This document shows, piece after piece, positions 40,860-53,224 of a stretch of DNA of 57,615 nt. A program made the translations under genes and the position numbers. The notes below the pieces were generated by a model. That model was not told the DNA's origin and made no database searches. It saw nothing but the letters and a program-made list of their open reading frames with translations. The stretch comes from Anaeramoeba ignava BMAN (Eukaryota > Protista > Anaeramoebae): contig JAPDFW010000038.1 of assembly GCA_028826165.1 (NCBI GenBank), positions 1-57,615 of the forward strand, written 5' to 3'. Numbering within the stretch: position 1 is the first letter of the stretch; the number at the start of each line of letters is the position of its first letter.

Positions 40860-41690
40860 AATCTGAAAATAAATCTAAAAATAAATCTAAAAATAAATCT
40901 GAAAATAAATCTGAAAATAAATCTGAAAATAAATCTGAAAATAAATCTGAAAATAAATCTTAAAATAAATCTTAAAATCAATCTGAAAATAAATCTGAAA
41001 ATAAATCTGAAAATAAAATCTGGTAATAAATCTGATAAAATAAATCTGAAAATAAATCAAAAATAAAAGGAAAAATAAATCTGAAAATAAATCTGAAAAT
41101 CAATCAAAAATAAATTAAAAAAATAAATCTGAAAATAAATCTGAAAATAAATCTTAAAATAAATCTGAAAATAAATCTGAAAATAAATCTTAAAATAAAT
41201 CTTAAAATAAATCTGAAAATAAATCTTAAAATAAATCTGAAAATAAATCTGAAAATCAATCTGAAAATAAATCTGAAAATAAATCTAAAAATAAATCTGA
41301 AAATAAATCTGAAAATAAATCTGAAAATAAATCTGAAAATAAATCTGAAAATAAATCTGAAAATAAATCTGAAAATAAATCTGAAAATAAATCTGAAAAT
41401 AAATCTGAAAATAAATCTGAAAATAAATCTGAAAATAAATCTGAAAATAAATCTGAAAATAAATCTTAAAATAAATCTGAAAATAAATCTGAAAATAAAT
41501 CTAAAAATCAAATAAATCTGAAAATAAATCTAAAAATAAATCTGAAAATAAATCTGAAAATAAATCTGAAAATAAATCTGAAAATAAATCTGAAAATAAA
41601 TCTGAAAATAAATCTGAAAATAAATCTGAAAATAAATCTGAAAATAAATCTGAAAATAAATCTGAAAATAAATCTGAAAATAAATCTGAA
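40860..41690. repeat. 12-bp minisatellite (AAAATAAATCTG)n
   Basis: Directly visible. Source of the FRFI/DLFS ORFs. Confidence 0.95.
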
Positions 41691-44600
41691 AAAAAAAATT
41701 GAAAATCAATCAATTTATTTTTCGTTATTTTTGTTTTAAATTATCAACAACAACAACAAGAACAATAACAACAATAAGAAATTTCCTTCAATAAATGTAA
41801 ATTAAAATTAAAATTAAAAATTAAAAATTTAGAATTAATATTAATAAATTTATTTTGTTAATGAATAGTTTTTTTTGTTTTGATTATTGATATTGAAAGA
41901 AAAATTGATTTTAATATTATTAATATTAATATTGATTATTTTTTGATTTTTTGATTTTTGATTACATTTTAAATAATTAAAAAGATTTTGTTAATTATTT
42001 TTGAATCTTATATTAATTAATTTAGAATCAATTAATTAATTAATTATAAATTCTTTTCATTTTTGATTTTTGATTTTTGATTTTTGATTTTTGATTTTAT
42101 AAAGATTACATTAATTAAAATGTTTTTGAAAGTGAATTTTTGTTTTTGTTTTTAAAAAATAAAAGCACTAATCAAAATTTTCAATTTAAAACCTATTTAA
42201 CCTAATAAAAATAATAAAAAATAAATAATAAAATTAAATAATAGAAATAAAATAATTAATTTAAATTTATTATTTAATTATTTATAATTGAAATAAAAAT
42301 AATAAAAATATTTAATTAAATAATAATAAAAATAAATAATAAAATATAATTTTATAATTTAAAATAAATATAAAATTAATAATAGAAATAAAATAATTAA
42401 TTTAAATTTATTATTTAATTATTTATAATTGAAATAAAAATAAAATTAAATTTTTAAATTTTTAAATAAATAAATAAATAAATTTACTTTTGAATTGAAT
42501 TGAATTGAATTGAATTGAATTGGATTGGATTGGATTGGATTGAATATTTTATTAGTTTTTGAGATTTCCTTTCATTTTGTGAAGGTAATTTTTATTTTTA
42601 TTTTATTTTTATTTTTATATTTATTCTTCTAAGAAAAAAAAAATGAAAAATGAAAAATGAAATGAAAAATGAAAAATGAAAATTAGAAATAATTTATTTA
42701 TTAATTAATTAATGATATTTTCCAAATCAAAAATCCATTTATTTATAAATAAAAATATAAATAAAAATAATTTGGAATAAATTAATAAATGAATAATAAT
42801 AAATAAATAAATAAATAATCAGATAAATTGAATCTAATCTAATCTAATCTAATCTAAATGAAGTGAAAAAGAAGTTTCATTAATTCAATAAATAAATAAA
42901 TAATTAATTAATTTTGGTAAATTGTGGATTATAAATAATGATTTTTTTTTTGGAAGAATTGAAAATGAATAAAATAAAGATTTTATCTAATATAAATATA
43001 AGTAAAATTAATTAATTAATTTATAAATTTATAAATTTTGTGAATTAAAATAAACTTACAAGTAAATTAGTTAATAAAGTAGTTTTGGATTTAGATATTA
43101 AATTGTCTTGAAATAAAAAGTTTTCAAAATAAATAAAAATAATTAATTAAATAATTAATAATAAAAATAAATAATAAAATATAATTTTATAATTTAAAAT
43201 AAATATAAAATTAATAATAGAAATAAAATAAATAATTTAAATTTATTAATAATAAAAATAAATAATAAAATATAATTTTATAATTTAAAATTAAATATAA
43301 AATTAAGAATAGAAATAAAATCAATAAATAAAATTAATATTTTTATAAATAATAATAATAAATAATAAAAAAAATAATAAAATGATAAATATTTTAAAAT
43401 GAATACAGACATTTTAAGGAATTCCAAAAACTTATAAAAAAATTAATAATCAATTTTTTATTTTTTATTTTATTTTTATGGAATATTTTGAATCAATAAA
43501 AAAAGAAAAGAAAAGAAAAAGAAAAATTGGATTTTTAATTTATTTATTTTAGATAAAAATATTAAAAGAAATGAAACAAACAAAACAAAACAAATTTGAT
43601 GATTTTTTTTTGTTTCTAAATAAAACATATAAAAATAATATCAATTTGATTTTTTATATTTATATTTAGATTTTATTTTCAGAACAAATTATCAATAGAT
43701 TTTGAATTTTGAATTTGATTTAAATTTTGAATTTAAATTTTGATTTAAATTTGATTTAAATTTTGATTTAAATTTGATTTAAATTTTGATTTAAATTTTG
43801 GAAATGAAAAAAAAATGAAATGAATTAGAAATAAATTATTGATTGATTATTAATTAATTGATTGATATTTTCCAAATCAAAATTTATTAATAAAAATAAA
43901 AATAAAATAATTTAAAATAATAAATAAATAAATAATAGATAATAATCAGATAAATTGAATCTAAATGAAGTGAAAAAGAAATTTAATTAATTACCTTTGA
44001 TAAATTATAAATATAAATAAATATAAATTTAGATTTTTGAAATTATTGATTTTTTATTTTTATTTTTATTTTAGGAAATTGGAGATGAATAAAATAAAAT
44101 AAAATAAAATAAAGATTTTATCTAATAGAAATAAATAGAATAAATTAAATAAATTAATTCAGAATTTGAAAATAAATAAATTTAAAAGTAAATTAATTAA
44201 TAAAGTAATTACAGATTTAGATATTAAATTGATTTAAAATAAATAAAAAGAAGAAGAGTTTTATTTGGGAATATTTTGGTTTGTATTTTTATATTTTGGA
44301 GTTTGAATTTTTTAAACAAAAATAAATTTAATATAAATTTAATATTAATTTTTTTGTATTGATTTAATTTTGTATTATTTTATTCCAAATTTATAATAAA
44401 TTTTTGAATTTTTAATATTTTTTTGGAATAAAATTAATATTAATTTTACATTATTTTTACATCATTAATCATAAATTTTATCCTCACTTACAATAAAATG
44501 TCTGTATAAATATATAAATAAATTGATTTTTTTTATTTTTAATTTAAATTTGTTAATAAAATAAAATAAATAAATTTTTATTTTTAATAAAAATAAATAA

Positions 44601-45924
44601 ATGAAAATTAAATTATATATTTTAAATAAATAGAGAAATTGATTTTTATTTTTGAATATAAAATAAATAAATTAATTAAATTAATTAATATTTTGTTTTA
44701 TAAATAATTTATAATATAAATAAATAAATTGATTTTTATTTTTAATTTTAAATTAAAAAATAAAATAAATTGAAATTTAAATTTTTAATTTTAGAGAGAA
44801 ATGGAATATTTTGAATATAAATTAGAAAAGAAAAGAAAAAGAAAAATTGATTTTTAATTTATTTATTTTATAATATAAAAAATTAAATTGATTTTTTGTT
44901 AATTTAAATAAAACATTTTAAAAATAAAATAATAAAAATATAATTTTTAAATATTTAGATTTTATTTTTGAAGAACAAATTATTTTAGATTTTAATTTTG
45001 AATTTTATAATATAAATAAATAAATTTGATTTTTTATTTTTAATTTTGAAAATTTAAAAATTTAAATTTAAATTTTAAATTTATAGAGAGATTTTGATTT
45101 TTATTTTTGAATATAAATTTATAATTTAAATTTGAAATTTAAATTAATAAATTTTTTTAAATTATAAATTTTGTTTTTGATTTTATATATTTAAATAAAT
45201 TGATTTAAATTTTGATTTAAATTTTGGAAATGAAAAATGAAATGAATTAGAAATAAATTATTGATTGATTATTAATTAATTGATTGATATTTTCCAAAAT
45301 CAAAATTTATTTAATAAAAATAAAATAATTTAAAATAATAAATAAATAAATAATAGATAATAATCAGATAAATTGAATCTAAATGAAGTGAAAAAGAAAT
45401 TTAATTAATTACCTTTGATAAATTATAAATATAAATAAATATAAATTTAGATTTTTGAAATTATTGATTTTTATTTTTATTTTTATTTTGGGAAATTGGA
45501 GATGAATAAAATAAAATAAAATAAAATAAAGATTTTATCTAATAGAAATAAATAGAATAAATTAAATAAATTAATTCAGAATTTGAAAATAAATAAATTT
45601 AAAAGTAAATTAATTAATAAAGTAATTACAGATTTAGATATTAAATTGATTTAAAATAAATAAAAAGAAGAAGAGTTTTATTTGGGAATATTTTGGTTTG
45701 TATTTTTTATATTTTGGAGTGTTTGAATTTTTTAAACAAAAATAAATTTAATATAAATTTAATATTAATTTTTTTGTATTGATTTAATTTTGTATTATTT
45801 TATTTTAAATTTATAATAAATTTTTGAATTTTTAATATTTTTTTGGAATAAAATTAATATTAAATTTACATCATTTTTACATCATTAATCATAAATTTTA
45901 TCCTCACTTACAATAAAATGTCTG

Positions 45925-48616
45925 TAATAAAAATAAATAATAAAATATAATTTTATAATTTAAAATAAATATAAAATTAAGAATAGAAATAAAATCAATA
46001 ATTTAAATTTATTAATAATAAAAATAAATAATAAATAATAAAATGATAAATATTTTAAAATGAATACAGACATTTTAAGGAATTCCAAAAACTTATAAAA
46101 AAATTAATAATCAATTTTTTTTTTATTTTTTATTTTTATGGAATATTTTGAATCAATAAGAAAAGAAAAGAAAAGAAAAAGAAAAATTGGATTTTTAATT
46201 TATTTATTTTAGATAAAAATATTAAAAGAAATGAAACAAACAAAACAAAACAAATTTGATGATTTTTTTTTGTTTCTAAATAAAACATATAAAAATAATA
46301 TCAATTTGATTTTTTTTTATATTTATATTTAGATTTTATTTTCAGAACAAATTATCAATAGATTTTGAATTTTGAATTTGATTTAAATTTTGATTTAAAT
46401 TTGATTTGAATTGAATTTAGAATTTGAATTTGATTTAAATTTTGATTTAATTTTGATTTAAATTTTGATTTAAATTTGGATTTAAATTTTGAATTAAATT
46501 TTGATTTAAATTTGGATTTAAATTTTGGAAATGAAAAAAAAATGAAATGAATTAGAAATAAATTATTTATTGATTATTGATTAATTGATTGATATTTTCC
46601 AAATCAAAATTTATTAATAAAAATAAATAAATAATTTAAAATAATAAATAAATAAATAATAGATAATAATCAGATAAATTGAATCTAAATGAAGTGAAAA
46701 AGAAATTTAATTAATTAATTACCTTTGATAAATTATAAATATAAATAATGATATAAATAAGTATAAATTTAGATTTTTGAAATTATTGATTTTTATTTTT
46801 GAATTTAAATTTATAAATTATTTTGTTATAAATTTGTTTGTAATATATATAAATAAATTGATTTTTTTTATTTTTAATTTAAATTATAAATAAATTGAAA
46901 AAATAAATTTATATATTTTATATATAGAGAGAAATTGATTTTTTATTTTTTGAATATAAATTATAAATAAATTGAAAATTAAATTAATAAATTATTTTAT
47001 TATAAATTTGTTTATAATATATATAAATAAATTGATTTTTTTTATTTTTAATTTGAATTGAAATAAATTGAAAAATTAAATTTATATATTTTATATATAG
47101 AGAGAAATTGATTTTTTATTTTTTGAATATAAATTATAAATAAATTGGGAATTAAATTAATTAATTATTTTGTTATAAATTTGTTTATAATATATATAAA
47201 TAAATTGATTTTTTTATTTTTAATTTAAATTATAAATAAATTGAAAATTAAATTTATATATTTTATATATAGAGAGAAATTGATTTTTTATTTTTTGAAT
47301 ATAAATTATAAATAAATTGAAAATTAAATTAATTAATTATTTTGTTATAAATTTGTTTATAATATATATAGATAAATTGATTTTTTATTTTTAATTTAAA
47401 TTGAAATAAATTGAAAATTAAATTTATATATTTTATATATATATAGAGAAATTGATTTTTTATTTTTGAATATAAATTATAAATAAATTGGGAATTAAAT
47501 TAATAAATTATTTTATTATAAATTTGTTTATAATATATATAAATAAATTGATTTTTTATTTTTAATTTAAATTATAAATAAATTGAAAATTAAATTTATA
47601 TATTTTATATATAGAGAGAAATTGATTTTTTATTTTTGAATATAAATTATAAAGAAATTGGAATTAAATTAATTAATTATTTTGTTATAAATTTGTTTAT
47701 AATATATATAAATAAATTGATTTTTTTATTTTAAATTTAAATTATAAATAAATTAAAAATTAAATTTATATATTTTATATATAGAGAGAAATTGATTTTT
47801 TATTTTTTGAATATAAATTATAAATAAATTGGGAATTAAATTAATTAATTATTTTGTTATAAATTTGTTTATAATATATATAAATAAATTGATTTAAATT
47901 TTGATTTTAAATTTTGGAAATGAAAAAAAAATGAAATGAATTAGAAATAAATTATTGATTGATTATTGATTAATTGATTGATATTTTCCAAATCAAAATT
48001 TATTAATAAAAATAAAATAATTTAAAATAAATAAATAAATAAATAATAAATAATAATCAGATAAATTGAATCTAAATGAAGTGAAAAAGAAATTTAATTA
48101 ATTATCTTTGATAAATTATAATTATAAATAAATATAAATTTAGATTTTTGAAATTATTGATTTTTTATTTTTATTTTTATTTTGGGAAATTGGAGATGAA
48201 TAAAATAAAATAAAATAAAATAAAGATTTTATCTAATAGAAATAAATAGAATAAATTAAATAAATTAATTCAGAATTTGAAAATAAATAAATTTATAAGT
48301 AAATTAATTAATAAAGTAATTACAGATTTAGATATTAAATTGATTTAAAATAAATAAAAAGAAGAAGAGTTTTATTTGGGAATATTTTGGTTTTTATTTT
48401 TTATATTTTGGAGTTTGAATTTTTTAAACAAAAATAAATTTAATATAAATTTAATATTAATTTTTTTGTATTGATTTAATTTTGTATTATTTTATTCTAA
48501 ATTTATAATAAATTTTTGAATTTTTAATATTTTTTTGGAATAAAATTAATATTAATTTTACATTATTTTTACATCATTAATCATAAATTTTATCCTCACT
48601 TACAATAAAATGTCTG
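45925..48616 (+). mobile_element. Copy C: additional right-end segment of the giant element
   Basis: Order of 145-bp units, TACAGACATTTTAAGG (46065), 173-bp satellite, then terminal AAAATGTCTG|TA at 48616 matches the ends of copies A and B. Confidence 0.65.
46790..47895. repeat. ~173-bp satellite, uninterrupted array of about 6 units
   Basis: Same unit as 32161-33986. Confidence 0.9.
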
Positions 48617-48798
48617 TAAATTAAAAATTAAATTTATAAATTTTATATACAGTCGTTTTCGATTGACTGAGGATGAAATAATGTAAATTTATACAAAAAA
48701 ATTTTTAAAAAATTAATAAAAAAATAACAAAAAAAAAATGAAAAAAAAATCATAAAAAATTTTTTTCATTTTTTTTTTCATTTTTTTTTCCATTTCAA

Positions 48799-49354
48799 TT
48801 TTTTATCCAAATCTAGAATAATTTTTAGTTAAGAAATTGCAACCAAACGTTACTCAGTCTTCAACTTGATATTATTTTCATTTTTTTTTTTCATTTCAAT
48901 TTTTTATCCAAATCTAGAATAATTTTCAGTTAAGAAATTGCAACCAAACGTTACTCAGTCTTCAACTTGATATTATTTTCATTTTTGTCAATTTTTTTTT
49001 ACATTATTTTTTACATTATTTTTTACAAATTTTTTTCATTTTTTTTTCATTTCAATTTTTTATCCAAATCTAGAATAACTTTTAGTTAAGAAATTGCAAC
49101 CAAACGTTACTCAGTCTTCAACTTGATATTATTTTCATTTTGTCAATTTTTTTTTACATTATTTATATCAATTTTTTATCCAAATCTAGAATAACTTTCA
49201 GTTAAGAGATTGCAACCAAACGTTACTCAGTCTTCAACTTGATATTATTTTCATTTTTTTTTTTCATTTCAATTTTTTATCCAAATCTAGAATAGCTTTC
49301 AGTTAAGAAATTGCAACCAAACGTTAGTTAGTCTTCAACTTGATATTATTTTCA
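48799..49354 (+). repeat. Five subterminal ~76-bp direct repeats (copy D)
   Basis: Units at 48805, 48906, 49062, 49178 and 49279, with the same linker pattern as in copy B. Confidence 0.93.
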
Positions 49355-51935
49355 TTTTTTTTTTTTCATTTTTTTTTTATTATTAAAATCTAAAATAATT
49401 TTTCATTCATAAATTATAAATAAATCGTAATTAATTATAATCAAACTTTACATTGTTTTGATTTTGATTTTGGTTTTTATTTTGATTTTTATTTCAAAAA
49501 TGATAAATAAAAAAATCATTTCTTTTTATTTTATTTATTGAAAAATATAAATAGAAATAGAAATAGAAATATAAATATAAATTATGTGTTATTTGTCTTC
49601 TTAAATGAAAATAAATCAATTCATTTGGTTTGTAAAGTATTCATTCAATAGTTTCTAAATCATTTTTAAAAAGCAAAATTATCCAAATAAAGAGAGAAAT
49701 AAATCAAATTAAATCAATCAATCAATCTGAAAATAAATCTGAAAATAAATCTGAAAATAAATCTGAAAATAAATCTGAAAATAAATCTGAAAATAAATCT
49801 TAAAATCAATCTGAAAATCAATCAATTTATTTTTCGTTATTTTTGTTTTAAATTATCAACAACAAGAACAAGAACAATAACAACAATAAGAAATTTCCTT
49901 CAATAAATGTAAATTATAACTAAAATTAAAAATTAAAAATTTAGAATTAATATTAATAAATTTATTTTGTTAATGAATAGTTTTTTTGTTTTGATTATTT
50001 ATATTGAAAGAAAAATTGATTTTAATATTATTAATATTAATATTAATATTGATTATTTTTTGATTCTTTTATATTTTAAATAATTAAAAAGATTTTGTTA
50101 ATTATTTTTGAATCTTGTATTAATTAATTTAGAATCAATTAATTAATTAATTAATTATAAATTCTTTTCATTTTTGATTTTTGATTTTTGATTTTATAAA
50201 GATTACATTAATTAAAATGTTTTTGAAAGTGAATTTTTTTTTGTTTTGTTTTTAAAAAATAAAAGCACTAATCAAAATTTTCAATTTAAAACCTATTTAA
50301 CCTAATAAAAAATAATAGAAATAAATAATAAATTTAAATTTATTATTTAATTATTTATAATTGAAATAAAAATAATAAAAATAAATTAATTAAATAATTA
50401 ATAATAAAAATAAATAATAAAATATAGTTTTATAATTTAAAATAAATATAAAATTAATAATAGAAATAAAATATTTAATTTAAATTTATTATTTAATTAT
50501 TTATAATTGAAATAAAAATAATAAAAATATTTAATTAAATAATTAATAATAAAAATAAATAATAAAAAATAATAAATAAAATAAATATAAAATAAATAAT
50601 AGAAATAAAATATTTAATTTAAATTTATTATTTAATTATTTATAATTGAAATAAAAATAAAATTAAATTTTTAAATTTTTAAGTAAATAAATAAATAAAT
50701 TTACTTTTGAATTGAATTGAATTGAATTGGATTGGATTGAATATTTTATTCTCTTATGAGATTTCCTTTCATTTTATTGATATTATTTTTATTTTTATAA
50801 TTATTCTTTGAGAAAAAAAAAATGAAAAAAATGAAAAATGAAAAATGAAAAATAAATTAATTATTAATTTATTAATGATATTTTCCAAATCAAAATTTAT
50901 TTCAAAACAAATAATAAAAACAAAAATAATTTAGAATAATAAATGAATAAATAAATAAATTGAATCTAATCTAATCTAATCTAATCTAATCTAATCTAAA
51001 TGAAGTGAAAAAGAAGTTCCATTAATTAATTAATTAATTTTGGTAAATTGTGGATTATAAATAATGATTTTTTTTTTGGAAGAATTGAAGATGAATAAAA
51101 TAAACATTTTATCTAATATAAAAATAAAAATATAAGTAAAATTAATTAATTAATTTATAAATTATTAAATTTTGTGAATTAAAATAAACTTACAAGTAAA
51201 TTAGTTAATAAAGTAGTTTTGGATTTAGATATTAAATTGACTTCTTTTTTTTTTTTTGAATTTTTTTTTTGAAATAAAAATAATAAATTAAATAATTAAT
51301 AATAAAAATAAATAATAAAATATAATTTTATAATTTAAAATAAATATAAAATAAATAATAGAAATAAAATATTTAATTTAAATTTATTATTTAATTATTT
51401 ATAATTGAAATAAAAATAATAAAAATAATTAATTAAATAATTAATAATAAAAATAAATAATAAAATATAATTTTATAATTTAAAATTAAATATAAAATTA
51501 AATAATAGAAATAAAATAAATAATTTAAATTTATTATTTAATTATTTATAATTGAAATAAAAATAATAAAAATATTTAATTAAATAATTTAATAATAAAA
51601 ATAAATAATAAAAATAATTTTATAATTTAAAATTAAATATAAAATTAATAATAGAAATAAAATAAATAATTTAAATTTATTATTTAATTATTTATAATTG
51701 AAATAAAAATAAAATTAAATTTTTAAATTTTTAAATAAATAAATAAATAAATTTACTTTTGAATTGAATTGAATTGGATTGGATTGGATTGAATATTTTA
51801 TTCTTTTATGAGATTTCCTTTCATTTTATTGATATTATTTTTATTTTTATAATTATTCTTTGAGAAAAAAAAAATGAAAAAAATGAAAAAAATGAAAAAA
51901 ATAAAAAAATAAAAAAATCATTTTTTTTTTTAGAA

Positions 51936-53102
51936 ATGGACACAAAGAAAATTTTCAATTTTCAGTTAAACAAAACAGGCAATGTGTATTTTCCTGGGTA
52001 TTCCTATGAACCAAGGGTTGTAATTCAAGTATTATTATTACTGAGCGAAAACTTAATTTGTGAAATTTTCAAAGACAAATCTCATCTCACATTTGCACAA
52101 ATGGAAGAAATTTTGTGCGTAGGGCATTCATATATTCATAAACTTAATCAAAAATTTGTAAAAAATGTAGCAGCCTTGTTTTCGGAAAAAGTAGAGATGA
52201 TGGTTGAAGAGGATTTTCATTATATTTTTGTAGAAGCGATAATCAAAACAACAGAAGAGATCATAAAAAATTCACATAAAACTTCCAATTCGAAAAAGAA
52301 ATTAACATTGACACATGAAGAATTTATCAAAAATGAAATCAAGAAACAACCCTCAATATATATTCGAGAAATTCAATCGAAATTAAATGAGGAATTTAGC
52401 TTAGATATTTCGATTTCTAGTTTATATAAATATATCACGAATCAATTAAAATATTCCAAAAAGAAGCTATCTTTGAGATCTCCGAGAAAGTTTACAGAAG
52501 AAAACAAGCATTTCCATGCCAAATTCAAGGAATATATGAAAGAAATATTTGATCTATTTGGAGACAACAATGTTATTTTTATTGATGAAGTTGGTGTGAA
52601 TTTAGATTCTTCGTATCGAAAAACTGGATGGGGACCAAAAAACGAAGAAATTTTATCGCCTTTTATTGCAAAAGATGAGAAACATCGGATAAATTCAATA
52701 TGTGCACTGTCTAATAATGGATTTGTTTGTATGGATTCATATCAAGATTCAATTAATGGAGTTAAATTTGCACAATTTATGATCGAAGTTTTGCTTCCAC
52801 TTCTATCAGAATCGTCTGCAGTAGTCATGGATAATTGCTCTATCCATCATTCTGTGGATAATCTTGTCAAAGGATATTATCAGGAATTCAATCACTTAAT
52901 TATTTACCTTCCACCATATTCCCCAGAACTCAACCCAATCGAAATGGGATTTGGTTGGCTAAAGCGTACTTTAGCAAGTTATCGAAAAGAATTTCTTGAA
53001 AATCCTTTCCAAACATGGCAAGATCTTGTTCAGAAATTTAATTCCACGCAAGATGCTCAATGCTATTTTGAAAAAGATTATGAATTTTTGAAGCAAAAAT
53101 AA
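51936..53102 (+). CDS. IS630/Tc1-mariner superfamily transposase (DD36E), 388 aa
   Basis: Intact ORF. HTH-like PSIYIREIQSKLNEEFSLDISISSLYKYI. Catalytic motifs IFIDEVG, VVMDNCSIHH and YLPPYSPELNPIE, with 36 residues between the second D and the E. Confidence 0.95.
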   Translation: MDTKKIFNFQLNKTGNVYFPGYSYEPRVVIQVLLLLSENLICEIFKDKSHLTFAQMEEILCVGHSYIHKLNQKFVKNVAALFSEKVEMMVEEDFHYIFVEAIIKTTEEIIKNSHKTSNSKKKLTLTHEEFIKNEIKKQPSIYIREIQSKLNEEFSLDISISSLYKYITNQLKYSKKKLSLRSPRKFTEENKHFHAKFKEYMKEIFDLFGDNNVIFIDEVGVNLDSSYRKTGWGPKNEEILSPFIAKDEKHRINSICALSNNGFVCMDSYQDSINGVKFAQFMIEVLLPLLSESSAVVMDNCSIHHSVDNLVKGYYQEFNHLIIYLPPYSPELNPIEMGFGWLKRTLASYRKEFLENPFQTWQDLVQKFNSTQDAQCYFEKDYEFLKQK

Positions 53103-53224
53103 ATGAAAGATATATTTCATTTTGTTTTCATTTTTTTTGTTTTTTCATTTTTTTTGTTTTCATTTTTTTTGTTTTCATTTTTTTGTTTTCATTTTTTTGT
53201 GTTTTCATTTTTTTTTGCTTTAAC

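Larger units (their letters stand above)
33987..44504 (+). mobile_element. Copy B: 10.5-kb non-autonomous giant IS630/Tc1-like element with both ends
   Basis: The left end TA|CAGTCGTTTTCGATTGACTGAGGATGAAAT is identical to 48650, the transposase-bearing copy. The right end reverse-complemented reads TA|CAGACATTTTATTGTAAGTGAGGATAAAAT, an imperfect ~30-bp TIR sharing CAG.C.TTTT and TGAGGAT.AAAT. The 173-bp satellite breaks at 33986 and resumes approximately in register after 44506. Confidence 0.72.

Noticed and set aside
44505-45230. Apparent novel repeat variant
   Set aside because: It reads as a mosaic of the 173-bp satellite and the neighbouring right-end sequence, most likely poor assembly consensus.
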